A stretch of 61,959 nucleotides of DNA, filler included, from Choristocarpus tenellus KU-1152 (taxonomy: Eukaryota > Protista > Phaeophyceae), in assembly GCA_964200185.2 (NCBI GenBank). It is 11 parts of 11 records of this genome, joined end to end, with 100 filler letters (N's around TTAATTAATTAA, not from the genome) between each part and the next. Parts side by side here need not be neighbours in the genome. Positions count along the whole stretch, not along the records: positions 57,242 to 61,959 come from CAXNAD020013356.1; 10 more parts are not named here. The stretch is one strand, 5' to 3'. The translations under genes were made by a program, and so were the position numbers. The notes beneath the pieces were generated by a model. The model was not told the DNA's origin. It did no database searches and saw only the letters and a list, made by a program, of their open reading frames with translations. Position 1 is the stretch's first letter, and every line of letters starts with the position of its first letter. Shown piece by piece: positions 58,474-61,959 of the stretch.

Positions 58474-61334
58474 CTTTACCACCCCATGCACATAGCGAGT
58501 GAGAATGTCAGCTCTGACATGATCCTGGCAGATCTCCTTGTAAACCTTAATCCGAACCTGTGTCTCGATCTTTGACGACATAGACACAAGTAGTGTGACA
58601 CAAGTAGTGTGTGAGGATGCATCAACATCCAAAAGGTAGAAAATAACAGGGGGTAAAATTAACTCCAGATATTGAGGTGTAGGAGAGATACGATAAGCAG
58701 ATAATTTGTAACACATGCTGCATAGATCGGTCAGCTGCAGCCTTTACCCCCCTGAAAAAGCAAGACATATTTTTTTTTTAGATTTTTTTTTCTGGGAACC
58801 CTTTGTCAACACCTAAACAAAAAAGAGCACAAACTCAATCAATGATATAGGGTGGGCATCATATCGCCTCAAGACAAAATCCAACCACTAGCCTGTAAAA
58901 AACCATACACTTCTTCCCTACCTGTCTGATGACTTCCTTTGGGGAGTCCTTGGCTCCTTGCACCGCTGAACTTAGTCGTTCCCTACAGAGCATGATTGGG
59001 CCATCAGGGTCCAGCTCCTACAAACAAATGATACAAATGTGGAGCAAAGCACAACATCAAAGGCACAAAAGTGCATCAGTTATGGAACTTGTCTGCTTCA
59101 AAGACCGGTTCATGTGTATGTCATGTGTATGTCAGGGCTTCATTGAAGCAAAAACAGTGATGGCACCAACGAACTCAACAAGATTTCAGCAACTTGCAAT
59201 ATGAACATGGTCATGAACATGGTAAAGAATCAGTCCATTGCCAAAACGAAGAACACCTCAAATGACCTCGCAAACCCTAACCCTAACCCTAACTCAAAGA
59301 AGAAACTACGACCAATAATTTCAACATATAGTCCTCAAGAATATCCATTTCTGACAAAATATAACTATTATCCTTGTGCTTGGCTATTAATTTGCATGTC
59401 TTCTTCTGTAACAGCTTACAGCAGCTAGATGAAGGAATTTGGCTGGGGGGATAATGAGGAGGTGCCTGGGTGAGGAATGTGCATGACAGTATAGCACAAG
59501 TGAGATACCTATGCAGTGGAGGACACAAGATAATATTGTTTGTAGCAACATCAAATTTCACATTTGACATTTGACATTTGACATTTCGTCACTCACATGC
59601 TCCTCAAAGGTAAAAACGTTTTTGTGTTGACCTGTATTCTAATTTTCCAAATTTGGAATTTTGTCATCACCAAATGTACCAAGTTCAGATCAGACCAACT
59701 GGGAACGCACTGATGTGTTGAGATAATTTTCTTGGCCATTATAAGGATCACAGCAAGGAAGAGCACATCTCACACAAATGTATCTACACGTGACTATTAT
59801 ATTTTACTCTGTTGAAGTACCTGTCGGTGTCTGTCTGCCTCGTAGATTTCCCCCAGGGACACAAATGCTTCATGATCCTCCATCAGTCGCCTGATGATTG
59901 AAATACATATTTGAAAGTGCAAGGGTTATGCATTGATGACAGTTTGGCCTTATCCTTCAAACCCTAACCCTTTTGATGTAATCCCTTGTCAGTAAAAAAA
60001 GGCATAAGTGTTCACTACTAGATAGGAAATAAACTGATGAGAACTCATCAGCAATGAACAAACATGCTGTACAGAGAACACTAATACATAGGGAAGAATG
60101 CAACCGCCCATGGAGTGAATTGGCGTAACAAAGTAAGCACCTGCAAACTTCCAGTGTCAAATGATACTTGTGGAGGTGATTGGGAAAATTTAAAGCATGC
60201 AGCAGGAAAAAATCTCTTCTCACATGCGTGGTGTGATGGGAACCACAACAGGAACCTGCACGGCCAAATCTCTTCCCCTGGTCTGTGGGTTACGCTCCAA
60301 GAAGCGACTGAGCATGGCATGTATCTGCATTACCCTCTCATCTGTTCGCGTCACATGTGGGATGGCAAACTGGGCCAACCACATGTATGTGTCATTTGAT
60401 CACAGATGGTAACAAGTTGTGGCAGGCAAAAGACATTTCAAACAAAAACGTTCAAGTGTGCTGCATGTTGGTTAGGGTTACAAACACAACAAGAGGTGCA
60501 TTGAATGCGCCAAACAACACACCAGTTTCATTCAATTGAACCTTAGGGTTAGGGTTAGGTTTTAGAGTGGGAAATACAAGTGAACATAGCATTTGTTAGT
60601 CAGAATGGACCACCACATAGGCCAAATTATTGGTGTTGCATACCACTCCTTATTATCATAAACTCATTACATGCAAGACAAACAAAATTACTTCATTGAA
60701 ATGGTCACCATCCAGAGTCAACTGCTATGCTGCTATACTGCAATTGTGCTATACTGTTATACTGCTATTGTGTTATACAGCACACGGGGTGCAACAGCTA
60801 AATTTTCGTGTCCCAATATGTCAATTTTGGTTGTTCCTACCACCAAAGGTAGAAATCCAATCCATGGATACCGAATTGGTCCAATCCTGCTCTCACCTGC
60901 ACAAGGAAGAAGTACCGGCGTCCATCACTGCCCAACATACTAAGTCGCCTCTGTGAGAAACCATACCTGACAAACAGACAAACAGAAGCAGCAGACAAAC
61001 AGACGTCAAGCAGTTAAATGTGATGATGAAAATTAATTGGTATCAATGCAAAAATTGCAAAACTAACACTAAAATAAGTATATACTACAGTCATACAGCG
61101 GAGCAAAAATCAGATCTCTTCTGCTATGTGGTATATGATAAGGTGCAAGAATATGGTAAGTTAGTCACATGCAATAGGCCTTTCTCACCGATGCAAAACT
61201 GAAACATTGGAATGGAACCGAAGGAGCTTAGCATGCAGCTCTGGTCGGGGCTCTCCAGTGCAGTTAGTGTATTGTCCAGGAATCTCTATGCATGCCTGGC
61301 TCGAGGAATTCCATGTCTCCAGCTCACAGTGCAC
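58474..61334 (-). CDS. TRRAP: TRRAP/Tra1 (PIKK-family pseudokinase scaffold of SAGA/NuA4), six internal exons at the start of the PI3K-like domain
   Basis: Phase-compatible GT-AG exons 61334-61189, 60966-60897, 60369-60224, 59890-59821, 59017-58922 and 58557-58474 give ...IEIPGQYTNCTGEPRPELHAKLLRFHSNVSVLHRYGFSQRRLSMLGSDGRRYFFLVQFAIPHVTRTDERVMQIHAMLSRFLERNPQTRGRDLAVQVPVVVPITPRMRLMEDHEAFVSLGEIYEADRHRQELDPDGPIMLCRERL...VRIKVYKEICQDHVRADILTRYVH. The IEIPGQY, RRL..IGSDG, R..ERV.Q and RL.ED motifs are those of TRRAP/Tra1. The 5' boundary of the first exon is uncertain. Confidence 0.92.
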
Positions 61335-61959
61335 CTTCAATAAATTCATACATGCAACAAGACATTTATTGAGATGGCCTAGAGAGGCATCTTGGTAGGA
61401 TCGCCTAGGATCAACTTGGGGCAAAGGGCTACAGGAAACAAGAGCAACCACTCCTAGGGTTAGGGTCGAGACAGTGGATGTGTGAATGAGCCTCTCGTGA
61501 TAGTACATGAGATAATAATACCTGCAGGTGTCAAGCCCTGTGAGAAATTCAATCATGCTGGGATGGACTTTGGTCAAAGGTAAACGAATGAAACAGATAT
61601 TCCAAAAAATATATATGAATGAAAAAATATGCGATCCATCAATCGCAAACAGTGTCAGCTGTAGAAACCATCAGCAGCATTAACATTAACATTAACAGCA
61701 TGGATTCAGCAGTGTCAATGAAGAGAATATGAGCAAAAATAAAAATGTAAACAGATGCTCTAACTGTTGAAGTTTGACCTTTCATTAAAGGGTGAATAAA
61801 CACTCCTCAGTACCAAGTGATTGAAACCTAGAGTTTAACATAAGTAAATCAACTAGTTCCACTTCCAAGCTCAAATATCTCACAACATAAACTGCACAAG
61901 ACAACCAATCCCCACTATCACATCATCCTCCAAGGGGGGGGGGAGGGGGAGAGAGGAAA

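Noticed and set aside
1-61959. Prokaryotic systems (CRISPR, operons, IS elements), rRNA, intact tRNA, viral hallmark genes
   Set aside because: None visible; all recognisable genes are eukaryotic and mostly spliced.

Overview
This is not a contiguous locus. It is 11 short eukaryotic contigs joined by ten identical 100-nt artificial linkers (44 N + TTAATTAATTAA + 44 N), so nothing can be inferred from adjacency across a linker. Long GT-AG introns, interstitial TTAGGG runs, a bipartite (signal + transit) plastid presequence and a Tic110-like gene point to an ochrophyte, most likely a brown alga (inference). Most ORFs in the supplied track are spurious; real genes appear only after manual splicing. 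Spliced genes reconstructed from the sequence: (1) six exons of TRRAP/Tra1 on the minus strand, 58474-61334; (2) three exons of the cyclophilin PPIL1, 19324-21096; (3) head-to-head with PPIL1, an intron-containing gene starting with a complete WGR domain, 18887 leftwards; (4) a two-exon, apparently plastid-targeted CHORD/Btk-like Cys/His protein, 9074-9804; (5) five exons of a Tic110-like protein, 785-5078; (6) two exons of a beta-helix-like protein; (7) two exons of an unknown protein. There is also one intronless Cys-rich secreted/anchored protein, 15494-16294. The non-genic DNA is dominated by four related families of short TIR elements with GAG/GGG/GGC termini and, where intact, 4-bp target duplications (Sola2-like MITEs); many contigs break inside their poly-G TIRs. 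Also present are two decayed copies of a gag-like region, one with a CCCH finger followed by a retropepsin, a tRNA-His-like relic and several satellites. I see no CRISPR, rRNA or intact tRNA. I found no clearly new multi-gene system; the best leads are the MITE superfamily, the WGR gene, the CCCH-gag/protease relic and two orphan-like proteins.
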